From an uncultured Chitinophagales bacterium (GTDB lineage Bacteria; Bacteroidota; Bacteroidia; Chitinophagales; BACL12), in assembly GCA_964492065.1 (NCBI GenBank), contig CAZBHH010000010.1, forward strand, positions 14,512 to 78,511: a DNA stretch of 64,000 nt, given 5' to 3'. This document shows positions 9,235 through 17,765 of this stretch, in pieces. Within the stretch, counting starts at the first letter, position 1. Each line of letters begins with the position of its first letter. A model generated the notes under the pieces. It had not been told where the DNA came from. It searched no databases and was given only the letters and a program-made list of their open reading frames with translations. Made by a program: the position numbers and the translations under genes.

Positions 9235-9843
9235 TTATTCGTTTGTGGACTCCTCGTCGGTATTTGTTTCAGCCGTATTCTCTGACTGTGCATCACCGGT
9301 AGCATCTGCTGTACTGTCCTCGGCTACAGGCGCTTCATTTTCAGCCTGTGCAGCCGCAGCTTCCTCTGCCCTCTGAGCCTCCGCTTCAGCTTTTGCCTTT
9401 GCTTCGGCCTCTTCTTTGCTCTTGCGTTTAGCCTCAATGCGGGCTTTTTCTTCTGCTTTTGCCTTTGCTGCCCTGTCTTCAATAGTTTTTACATGATCCA
9501 TAACGGCGCTGCGATGGCTGTTTTCCCACTCTGCGAATTTCTCATCCACCTGCTCTTGTGTCAAAGCGCCTTTCTTTAATCCCCGCAACAGGTGCTTTTT
9601 GTACAGCACACCCTTGTACTTCAGGATGGCATGCACGGTGGTAGATGCCTCTGCACCGTTAATCAGCCAATGTATTGCCCTATCCGTATCAAGGGTAATT
9701 TCTGCGGGTACTTTGGTGGGGTTGTAATAACCGATTCTCTCGATAAATTTTCCGTCCCGGGGCGAAGTGTTATGCGCCGCTACAATGTGGTAAAATGGCG
9801 CCTTTCTGCGGCCGTGCCGCTGTAATCTCAATCTAACTGACAT
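9235..9843 (-). CDS. rpsP: 30S ribosomal protein S16 with a long charged C-terminal extension
   Basis: The N-terminus MSVRLRLQRHGRRKAPFYHIVAA is canonical S16. About 80 C-terminal residues are K/A/E-rich and then acidic, low-complexity sequence. Confidence 0.93.
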   Translation of the reverse strand: MSVRLRLQRHGRRKAPFYHIVAAHNTSPRDGKFIERIGYYNPTKVPAEITLDTDRAIHWLINGAEASTTVHAILKYKGVLYKKHLLRGLKKGALTQEQVDEKFAEWENSHRSAVMDHVKTIEDRAAKAKAEEKARIEAKRKSKEEAEAKAKAEAEAQRAEEAAAAQAENEAPVAEDSTADATGDAQSENTAETNTDEESTNE

Positions 9844-9961
9844 GTTTCAATAATTAATATTGTTAAAAAATATCCCGCAAAGACCATACAAAACGGCGTT
9901 CGGGAATTGCGCTGCGAAGTTAACATTTTAAACCTGAAATTGCGAATAACACCCGTTTTTT

Positions 9962-10915
9962 CTATTGCAACCAGTGTTGCAGCGAGGTGTTTAGCAACTT
10001 CTCCAATCGCCTGATATCTTCTGCATAATAGTGTATCAGCCATTGTTTCTCCTGCTCGGAGATTACGGGGATATTCTTTTTGGTATAAATCAGGGATTTG
10101 ATACGTGATTTGAGCGAATCGGGAAACAGCTTCTTTGAGAGGCCGTAAATACCTGTTTGCGTCAACCAGTAATTCAACTTCCCAAACCGCGGCAAACCCG
10201 CTTCGTTGTATTTCAAACTCATATCCAGTTGAAACAGGGGATCCACACCCAGAAAGTCAAACAAGCGCTGCATGGTAGCTGCCGGAGCCTTTTTAAAGTC
10301 GTCGTACAGGATGATGTGCACCTTGTCTTTTGAAAAAATATCCAAATATCTTTTTACCTGCTCGTAATACATCCCCACTTCCAGGTAGAGGTGGCTAACG
10401 CCCCAGCCCTTGTCTTTTTTATCCCGGTCCTTTTGAATCTCAGTCAATAGATCCCCTGTAATTATCTTCCCCAGTTTCAGGTTCATCAGGTATTGTGAAA
10501 ACAACCGCTCCACCGGGTTGCGCAAAATCATCACTATTTTCACCTCAGGCAGCCTTGAATGGATCGCATCGGCAGTACTCGGGCAATACAGGTAGGAATT
10601 GCTAACCTCGCCAATAGCCTTTTGATTTGTTACATCCCGAAACAACCGGGTGTATTGATCCCAGGTGCGGATATGGGCGATGTGAATTTTTTTATCCATC
10701 GGGCCCGCTAAATATTTTTCAATATCGCAGTCTATATCCTGCCGGTAATCCACGTTGAATTTACCAAACTGCATATCCGCATCGCTGAAGAAATTCGTCT
10801 CTTTCACCGGCGACATAAAAATGCCCGGATGCTGATTCAAATATTCATGCAGCGAGGTAGTGCCGGCCTTTACCGCACCCACTACCAGAAATGTGGGAAG
10901 CACATGGTATCTCAT
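9962..10915 (-). CDS. sulfotransferase (Sulfotransfer_1/3-like, PAPS-dependent)
   Basis: 5'-phosphosulfate-binding loop VVGAVKAGTTSL and 3'-phosphate motif LRNPVERLFSQY. I moved the start to the ATG at 10915, which forms an ATGA overlap with the upstream stop. The track start at 10969 lies inside the upstream gene. Confidence 0.85.
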   Translation of the reverse strand: MRYHVLPTFLVVGAVKAGTTSLHEYLNQHPGIFMSPVKETNFFSDADMQFGKFNVDYRQDIDCDIEKYLAGPMDKKIHIAHIRTWDQYTRLFRDVTNQKAIGEVSNSYLYCPSTADAIHSRLPEVKIVMILRNPVERLFSQYLMNLKLGKIITGDLLTEIQKDRDKKDKGWGVSHLYLEVGMYYEQVKRYLDIFSKDKVHIILYDDFKKAPAATMQRLFDFLGVDPLFQLDMSLKYNEAGLPRFGKLNYWLTQTGIYGLSKKLFPDSLKSRIKSLIYTKKNIPVISEQEKQWLIHYYAEDIRRLEKLLNTSLQHWLQ

Positions 10916-11643
10916 CGCAGGAATCTCCAGTAAATTTTGCGCATCACATTCAAACAGTGATATAACCAAAAAGAGTACACCGGCACTTTAAATGTATCCC
11001 ACGAAGCGGGAAAGGTATAGCCCCACTGTTTCATATATGGTCCAAAAATAAATTTGGCTCTGCGCTTCGCCTTATCCGATTCGTAGTATTCCCAAAATGT
11101 CTTTGTCTTTTCTGCCGTCTTGTTGGCCTGCGGAATATCTCTCACTTTTTCGGCGCCCACGAGCTGCAACATTTCAGAAAAATCCTGTTGCAGGTTTTCA
11201 AAGCGAATGATAAAATCGCATCGTTTGTGCTCCATGATACTCCACGAAGCATAAGGGATGGAATACGCCCGCATAAAAAAGTTCTCAAAGGATTCGCCTT
11301 TGGTAATAATGGATTTATACTGCTTCACATTCCACCAGCGCATTATATATTTCCGCAAAAAACCGTGTTTCAGAAACCGCGGATTGGAGTAGCGGTTTTC
11401 ATGATCGGTTTTAAATTTAAAGTAATTGCTCACACAGATATCCATCGGGTTGCGCAATCCGCTGATGACTTTATATTGTTTTTGATCGGGAGTGGCCTGT
11501 TTCATAAAGTCGGTACTGTACAGGGCGTGTTTAAACAATATTTCCCTGCCGTGATAATTGGCAACCAGCTCCTTTGCTATTGCACTGCTCGCCGTTTGCG
11601 GTAATTCGACAAACACATATTTATATGTATCGCTGATAATCAT
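10912..11643 (-). CDS. sulfotransferase family 2-like protein
   Basis: 243 aa with FVELPQTASSAI (a variant of the hPKTAGTS loop), LRNPMDICVSNY (RNP..R..S-like), and IRFENLQQDF...IPQANKT and FGPYMKQWGYTF C-terminal motifs reminiscent of Sulfotransfer_2. Confidence 0.6.
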   Translation of the reverse strand: MIISDTYKYVFVELPQTASSAIAKELVANYHGREILFKHALYSTDFMKQATPDQKQYKVISGLRNPMDICVSNYFKFKTDHENRYSNPRFLKHGFLRKYIMRWWNVKQYKSIITKGESFENFFMRAYSIPYASWSIMEHKRCDFIIRFENLQQDFSEMLQLVGAEKVRDIPQANKTAEKTKTFWEYYESDKAKRRAKFIFGPYMKQWGYTFPASWDTFKVPVYSFWLYHCLNVMRKIYWRFLR

Positions 11644-11645
11644 AG

Positions 11646-12689
11646 TTAGATTTTTGTATTGAAAATAGCCTTATAAATAACTGCCGCTTCGCTGAAATTT
11701 CCTTTTAACAGGTAGGTTGCGCTTCTTATGAGCAGGTGCAAATACAGAAACGGCAACTGCGGGCGGTAATATTTTTTGTACAACTTAATTTTTCCGCGGT
11801 ACTTGTATTGCAGAGCTGTCAGTTGCCATTTACTCTTCTTCGGGCTGTTGCCTGTGCTTGCACCTTGCTTGTGATACACACGGCTCTTCGGTGCAACGCC
11901 CACAGACCATCCTTTGCGCCTGGCTCTGGAAGCCCAGTCGTTCTCTTCATTATATAAAAAGTAGTCTTCACTCATCACCCCGACATCGAGCACAAAGCGC
12001 CTCGAAACAAACATGGAAGCCCCGATGGCATAATTGCATTGCACATCCCCACTATCAAACCTGCCGTCATCTTTTTGCTGTGCGCCAATAATCTTTGACT
12101 TGCCCGTATATTTATTGAAAACGGCGCCCAGGCCCTGTAAGGTGTCGGGCTTGTGATACAATAATAATTTGGAACCGATAATACCCGTTTTTTCCTTTGC
12201 CGACGAAGCGTAGTCAACGAGTTGTTGCAATGTATCGCTTTCGATTACGGTGTCATTGTTCAGCAGCCACATATAATCGAAGCTGTTAAAAATTGCATAG
12301 CGCAATCCGACATTATTGCCTCCGGCAAAGCCGAGGTTCTTATCGCTTTTAATAAACAGGATCGGCTTAATGCCGGCACCGTCAATAAAGCGCAGATGAT
12401 CGGACTCTTCCGCAGATGCCCTTAAGTACACCAACGGCTTTACTGCCGGGGGATTTGAATATTTATACAGTGGGTTTGCGGGTTCCACTTTGGAGAATGC
12501 CTCGCCTTTACACCACTTAATGAGTTGATCCCAGGATGTATTGGTCGAGCAATTTTCGACTACAACTATCTGGTAGCGGGAGTAATTGCTTTTTAAAATA
12601 CTCTCCATACACTCAATCGTATCCTCCCATGTATTGTAGTTTATCAGGATAATACAAACAGATGGTAAATGTGTTTTCAGCGCATCCAA
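11646..12689 (-). CDS. family 2 glycosyltransferase
   Basis: 347 aa with the GT-A N-terminus VCIILINYNTWEDTIECMESI, a DxD-like LLNNDTV motif and FAGGNN. It resembles rhamnosyl/galactosyl-type GT2 enzymes. Confidence 0.85.
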   Translation of the reverse strand: MDALKTHLPSVCIILINYNTWEDTIECMESILKSNYSRYQIVVVENCSTNTSWDQLIKWCKGEAFSKVEPANPLYKYSNPPAVKPLVYLRASAEESDHLRFIDGAGIKPILFIKSDKNLGFAGGNNVGLRYAIFNSFDYMWLLNNDTVIESDTLQQLVDYASSAKEKTGIIGSKLLLYHKPDTLQGLGAVFNKYTGKSKIIGAQQKDDGRFDSGDVQCNYAIGASMFVSRRFVLDVGVMSEDYFLYNEENDWASRARRKGWSVGVAPKSRVYHKQGASTGNSPKKSKWQLTALQYKYRGKIKLYKKYYRPQLPFLYLHLLIRSATYLLKGNFSEAAVIYKAIFNTKI

Positions 12690-13633
12690 TGGCTCAAATC
12701 TTTTTTCAATAAAGCAGACAGTTTCTCTGTGTCTTCTTTATAATAGTTTATAAGAAATGTTTTTTCTTCCTGTGAAATAGTTCCTTTTTCGGCCTTGTCT
12801 TTATACAGCATTTTCACGGTCATCTTTTTTATACCCGAACCCGAAATGCGTTTCATAAGTGGGCGAATGCCGAGTGTGTTCAGTATCCAGGTGAGGTTTT
12901 TATACCGCGGGGTATATACTTCGTTGTACTGAATCGAAGTGTCGGGAACGAATTCCGGATCGGCGCCGATGAATGTGTACAGTTCGTGGATTACATGCTT
13001 GCTGTTATTGCGCAAATCTTCCGAAAAAATAATCTTTACATTACCGGGTGAGAACGTATCGAGATAGCGCTTCACCTGCGCATAATACAACCCGAGTTCC
13101 AGGTACAGATTGGCATTCCCCCAAACTTTGGGTTCGTGCTTCTGATCTTCCTGCAATGCCTGCATGAAGTTGAAAATATTGCTGTTGCCGGTATAGAGGT
13201 TCATGCGGTAATGCGAAAATGCCCGTTGTACCGGGTTGCGCAGTGCAATAATGATTTTAATATCGCCTAATGCTTTTTTTATCTCATAGGCAGCAACTGA
13301 AGAATACAAATAGGAGGTGCTCAGTTCGCCAATTGCTTTCTGACCTTTACAGTTTTTAAACAATAAGGTATAGTGTTCCCAATTCCGGACAAATGCCGCA
13401 TGGTATTCCACATCCATCGAGCCGTGGACATACCCATCAATATCCTGCAGTTTATTGCTTGCAAATGATTTATGAAATAACCCGGTATCGATATCCTTTG
13501 AAAAATAATGCGGTTCTTTAATCGGGCTGAGATAAATTTCGGGATGTTGTTTCAGGTAGTGATACAGCGAGGTAGTGCCGCCTTTATTAGCGCCAACAAC
13601 GATAAAATTCGGTTGCTTAATTGCTGTATCCAT
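12677..13633 (-). CDS. sulfotransferase (Sulfotransfer_1/3-like)
   Basis: IVVGANKGGTTSL 5'-PSB loop and LRNPVQRAFSHY 3'-PB motif. It is collinear with the 9962-10915 product. Confidence 0.85.
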   Translation of the reverse strand: MDTAIKQPNFIVVGANKGGTTSLYHYLKQHPEIYLSPIKEPHYFSKDIDTGLFHKSFASNKLQDIDGYVHGSMDVEYHAAFVRNWEHYTLLFKNCKGQKAIGELSTSYLYSSVAAYEIKKALGDIKIIIALRNPVQRAFSHYRMNLYTGNSNIFNFMQALQEDQKHEPKVWGNANLYLELGLYYAQVKRYLDTFSPGNVKIIFSEDLRNNSKHVIHELYTFIGADPEFVPDTSIQYNEVYTPRYKNLTWILNTLGIRPLMKRISGSGIKKMTVKMLYKDKAEKGTISQEEKTFLINYYKEDTEKLSALLKKDLSHWMR

Positions 13634-13636
13634 GCG

Positions 13637-14629
13637 TTATTTCAATGCGAGCAATCCCTCCGCTACCTCTTGTGAGATACAATATACATTGTTCAATTGT
13701 TCCACATTCGGAATCTTAATCGATTTTTTAATTGAATAATCTTTCAATGAAATCACCTGCACCATATTGGGAACGGATTCGCCGCCGGGGAATAACCCCA
13801 GATACCGCTTGCGTGTTTCTGATACGCCGGCATAGTAATAGCCGAGGTCGCTATCCTGGTCGCCGCCTCGTCCGAAGCCCCGGGTATTTATTGTTTTTAA
13901 AAACTTCCAGTTTTTATCAAATACCTTGAGCTCAAAATGGCCGCTGTCAAAGACCCAATAATTTCCATTGACCTTTCTGACGCTGTGCGGCGCTTTCAGA
14001 TTCAGCGGATAGCGCTTGCGGCTGGTAATATTTACCACGCCGCCGTTGCCCTGGCTTTTGATAAACTTCTGGGCAATGCGCTTCATCAATTGCCTGCCGG
14101 AAGTGTGGTGCACCAAAATATATGTGTCATTATCATAACCGCTGAACACCAGGTTGCAGTGAAACTTATCCACCACTTCCACATCTTCGGCATCCTCGCC
14201 CTCTTCAGGAGCGGAAGATTTAAAATCACTTAAATTAATGCGCAAGGTAACCTTGCCTGCAACGATATCATAACACACGATTTCATCGTGCTTGGTATTT
14301 GAAATCCACAGTCCGTTTCCGATAATACTGATTTCGTGGATATCCGTCAGGTTCGGGATTTGCAAGTCGGTGTAATTCCCCTGTTTCAGGTCAAACTTAA
14401 AAACCGCCACGCTGGAGGCAAAATATAAAATATGCGGCTCGCTGGGGTGTGGCGCCATAGAACTCATTCCCAACTCGCCCCATGAATTGAAATAAGGCAC
14501 CGGAATCACCTCTTCCCGGTGGTTTATGAGTTGGACAGTCTGAATGGTATTGCGATCCAATACCCTGTCGGCGGGATTTGCATTGAGCGATCCTATCACC
14601 AGTAATCTGTTATTCTCTTTTAAAAACAT
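13637..14629 (-). CDS. hypothetical protein, beta-propeller-like; possibly DUF4915/TIGR03032-like
   Basis: 330 aa with no signal peptide. It has repeated beta-strand-rich blocks (GLWISNTKHDEIVCYDI; NGNYWVFDSGHFELKVFD; YYAGVSETRKRYLGLFPG). The family assignment is from memory only. Confidence 0.5.
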   Translation of the reverse strand: MFLKENNRLLVIGSLNANPADRVLDRNTIQTVQLINHREEVIPVPYFNSWGELGMSSMAPHPSEPHILYFASSVAVFKFDLKQGNYTDLQIPNLTDIHEISIIGNGLWISNTKHDEIVCYDIVAGKVTLRINLSDFKSSAPEEGEDAEDVEVVDKFHCNLVFSGYDNDTYILVHHTSGRQLMKRIAQKFIKSQGNGGVVNITSRKRYPLNLKAPHSVRKVNGNYWVFDSGHFELKVFDKNWKFLKTINTRGFGRGGDQDSDLGYYYAGVSETRKRYLGLFPGGESVPNMVQVISLKDYSIKKSIKIPNVEQLNNVYCISQEVAEGLLALK

Positions 14630-14650
14630 AATTTAAAATTCAATTTACGT

Positions 14651-15973
14651 TTAAGCGGCAGTTAATTGCTGTGCTGCCATCTGTTCTTTTCTCTCTTGTA
14701 CTTCCAGCATTTTAAATGCATAGATAATCAAAATAAATATGGCCGTAGAACCCGGCTGTGTGAACAAATTCCCTTTGGCCAAGGAAGTGGCAAAGCAATA
14801 AAATAAAAAGTAAACTGCCGAAATATAATAACTGTCTTTTCTATAATATTTTACATATCTCATAGACCGGAATGCAATGAAAAACTGAAGGTACATAATT
14901 AGGGTTCCAATAATTCCATATGTAATAATAGAACCGAGCAAGCCGATATCGCCCGGCGCTATGGTAGTAATCGGTTCATCGGGGTTATTGTAGTCAGCGC
15001 CAAATTTTCCCACACCGATAAACCACCCGATGGGATAAACAGCCAGGTATGCCAGCACGATGGCCGTCTCCTCCAACCGTGCATCTACAGAGCCCTCGCC
15101 TGTCTCTTCGCCAAAGAATACGAGAACAACGTTGGTGTATTGCTCAATATACCTACCGACAAATTCCGGTAATGCAAAGTACAACGCAGTCATGATTATG
15201 ATAAACAGTGTGCCGCCTACCATCGAATATAGTAAAGTGCGTTTCCAGTTAACCTCGATTAGATAGTACAGGAATATCCCTGCCAGGATGGAGAGCATTA
15301 CAATTCTGCCCTGGTGCAAAAAAAACAAATAGGACAGGTGAATCAATGCAAACAGTATATATTTCTTTTTCCGGTCGGAAATAAATTTTATCATGTAAAA
15401 CAGGCCGAGAAATGCGATAAAATCGACACCGAAGCGAAAGCGATAACCGCCTTTCAGATCGCTAAATCCGACAAACGAATAGTCCAGATACTTTGAAGGG
15501 TCTAAGAATACATAGCAGTATAAATAGAAGATCAGGCATAGCCAGCCTAACCACACCATGGCACGGAAAAAATCCTTGATGACGAAGAACCGATTCTTAA
15601 ATAAGAATATTATTAAAAAGATACCGCCGAGCCCGAACCAGTGCCTCTGCGCCATTAAACCGCCGATAATACCTTGACCTTCGGCAATATTTGCAGCTAC
15701 CGCAGACAATACCGGCAAGGTCAGCATCATCACATAGAGGTAGTTCATTTCGTCCAGTTTTTTTTGAATCAACAGCACGTGAAACAAATACATAAATGAA
15801 AATACGGTGATGAACATATACCAGAACACCTCGAAAATCATGTAGTAATCCGTTAGCGTAGTTTTGGTGAGCAGGCGGGTTGTAAATAAAATAATGAATA
15901 TGAGAATCCATTGCTTCCCCCATACCGAATTCGGTTCTTTGTACATCCCAGGTTCCGGTGTGGTCAGGCTCAT
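14651..15973 (-). CDS. O-antigen polymerase (Wzy)-like polytopic membrane protein
   Basis: 440 aa with at least 10 hydrophobic segments and a larger loop region in the C-terminal half. It sits next to the Wzx-like gene, and its ATG overlaps the upstream stop (TAATG). Confidence 0.6.
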   Translation of the reverse strand: MSLTTPEPGMYKEPNSVWGKQWILIFIILFTTRLLTKTTLTDYYMIFEVFWYMFITVFSFMYLFHVLLIQKKLDEMNYLYVMMLTLPVLSAVAANIAEGQGIIGGLMAQRHWFGLGGIFLIIFLFKNRFFVIKDFFRAMVWLGWLCLIFYLYCYVFLDPSKYLDYSFVGFSDLKGGYRFRFGVDFIAFLGLFYMIKFISDRKKKYILFALIHLSYLFFLHQGRIVMLSILAGIFLYYLIEVNWKRTLLYSMVGGTLFIIIMTALYFALPEFVGRYIEQYTNVVLVFFGEETGEGSVDARLEETAIVLAYLAVYPIGWFIGVGKFGADYNNPDEPITTIAPGDIGLLGSIITYGIIGTLIMYLQFFIAFRSMRYVKYYRKDSYYISAVYFLFYCFATSLAKGNLFTQPGSTAIFILIIYAFKMLEVQERKEQMAAQQLTAA

Positions 15974-16863
15974 TATCTATAGTTTAATTTCCTTTGAATT
16001 AACTGTTCTGTCGCTGCAATATCGCCGCTGAAATATTCGTCAAATAATTTACGGCGAGTTTCCGCATTCAACGCCGCATCTTTTACTTTTTTTGCATTTT
16101 GTTTAATAAAAAATGTGCGCATCCGCTTCCTCGCCGTTTTACCTGGAATAAGGGATTTCAACATGCGCTTTACAAAATTAGGCCTTCTGACCAGATTGCG
16201 CACCATTTCGTTTTTTACTTCAAACGCCTGGTTGCTGTGAATGGCCGTATCCAGTTCCTCATGCGGCAATTCCAGAAAATCCTCTATTCTGCGGATGGTG
16301 GCATCCAGATTGCGTATTATGTCTTCCTCGAAAACGAGGAATAAAAAATTTTCCTTTGGAAAAACGTTTAAAAATTGCTGCAACTGGCCGGCGTATAAAC
16401 TCCGGGACTTGTAGGCATACATTTTTTGTTCCTTTAAATTGGTTTTACGACCTTCCTCCTGCGCCAAAGCTGCTTCAAAATTCAAATCCTCCAGGCCTTT
16501 GCGCTTTGTCATCAGGTAATGGGAATACGCCCTGTCCACAGGATGCCTGAAAATGACCAGGAATTTGATATCCATTCCATAGGTATTGCGCAGGCGATCC
16601 GCTACTTTGCCGTCGAGGATGTAATCCGGATCGAACTCTCCGCATATTTTTTCGCCGTTATAACTGTCGTAAAATGTGGAATTGTAATAGGCTATTCCCT
16701 TGTTGTAGGATTCTTCAAATAAAAAAAACTTCGTTTCCTTCACCGCAGGTAAATACACCTGGCTGTGTTGGCTCAAAATGTCGGCCATAGTAGATGTGCC
16801 TGCCTTCTGCACACCTATACAAAAGAAATTCTGAACCGGTATCTGTTTTTTCAGCTCAGCCAT
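15973..16863 (-). CDS. sulfotransferase (Sulfotransfer_1/3-like)
   Basis: FCIGVQKAGTSTM 5'-PSB loop and FRHPVDRAYSHY 3'-PB motif. Confidence 0.85.
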   Translation of the reverse strand: MAELKKQIPVQNFFCIGVQKAGTSTMADILSQHSQVYLPAVKETKFFLFEESYNKGIAYYNSTFYDSYNGEKICGEFDPDYILDGKVADRLRNTYGMDIKFLVIFRHPVDRAYSHYLMTKRKGLEDLNFEAALAQEEGRKTNLKEQKMYAYKSRSLYAGQLQQFLNVFPKENFLFLVFEEDIIRNLDATIRRIEDFLELPHEELDTAIHSNQAFEVKNEMVRNLVRRPNFVKRMLKSLIPGKTARKRMRTFFIKQNAKKVKDAALNAETRRKLFDEYFSGDIAATEQLIQRKLNYR

Positions 16864-17762
16864 TGCGACAAATCCTTTTGAATTAACTTTTCCAATTGTT
16901 TTATATCCGCACGGTATAACTCAATCAATTGCTTCCGGATAGCAGGGTCCATATCCACTTTGCGCAGATTGTGTTTGAGCAACATATTTTTTGCCCGCAT
17001 TCTCAATTTTTTCTTAGTATCTCTCGACATGAGTTTTCTTAACCCGTTTAACAGCGGGTTGCTCCGGTTTGACAACAATCGTTTAAACCACTTCACCTTC
17101 ATTTCACCGCTTTGATTGCGCTGTTGAATTTCTTCAGGCAACACATCGCTGTCCAATTCCAAAAACTCTAAGACTTGTTTGATAAACCGGTTGGGCTGTT
17201 GTTCCAAATCGTCGAAAAACATGATTTTTACATGTTCAAAATTTTCAAGGTACGCTTTTACCTGCTTATAGTAAAATCCTTTATCGGTGTAATAAAAATC
17301 AAAATGCCGGTTTTCCCGTTTGCGCTGCTCTTCGGCGGCTAAGGCTTCTTCAAAAGTAAGCGGCTCCCGCAAATCGCGGCGATTGTGCATATACTGGGAA
17401 TATGCCCTTTCCGCCGGATTGCGCAGAATGATGAGTATCTTTATTTTTCCCGAATCCGCAACCAGTGATTGCATATTGCGAATACTGTCATCGTAGAAAT
17501 ACAAATACGGTGTTGAGGACTCGCCGATGATTGTCTCATCGTGTCCTTCAAAAAGCTTCAGGTATTCTCCGGGGGATTGTATATATTTATTTCTCGAGTC
17601 GGTATATTCCGGGTTTTTGCCATAGAAACAAAAGAAACTGGGTTCTTTTTGCATTGGCATGAAAATATCGGGATGCCTTGCCAGGTGTTCATGCAGCGCC
17701 GTGGTTCCGCTTCGGGCTGCACCTACAATTAAAAAATTTGGCCATCGGTTTTCCATTTGCAA
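16851..17762 (-). CDS. sulfotransferase (Sulfotransfer_1/3-like)
   Basis: LIVGAARSGTTAL 5'-PSB loop and LRNPAERAYSQY 3'-PB motif. Overlaps the downstream gene by 13 nt. Confidence 0.85.
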   Translation of the reverse strand: MQMENRWPNFLIVGAARSGTTALHEHLARHPDIFMPMQKEPSFFCFYGKNPEYTDSRNKYIQSPGEYLKLFEGHDETIIGESSTPYLYFYDDSIRNMQSLVADSGKIKILIILRNPAERAYSQYMHNRRDLREPLTFEEALAAEEQRKRENRHFDFYYTDKGFYYKQVKAYLENFEHVKIMFFDDLEQQPNRFIKQVLEFLELDSDVLPEEIQQRNQSGEMKVKWFKRLLSNRSNPLLNGLRKLMSRDTKKKLRMRAKNMLLKHNLRKVDMDPAIRKQLIELYRADIKQLEKLIQKDLSQWLS

Positions 17763-17765
17763 TGA

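Noticed and set aside
9360-9480. Repetitive gcc/gct/ttc DNA in the rpsP 3' half, considered as a tandem-repeat element.
   Set aside because: It is the coding sequence of the K/A/E-rich S16 tail (codon-level low complexity), not a discrete DNA repeat.
9828-10043. 71-aa ORF bridging the rpsP start and the first sulfotransferase gene.
   Set aside because: It overlaps both flanking genes, and its composition looks non-coding.
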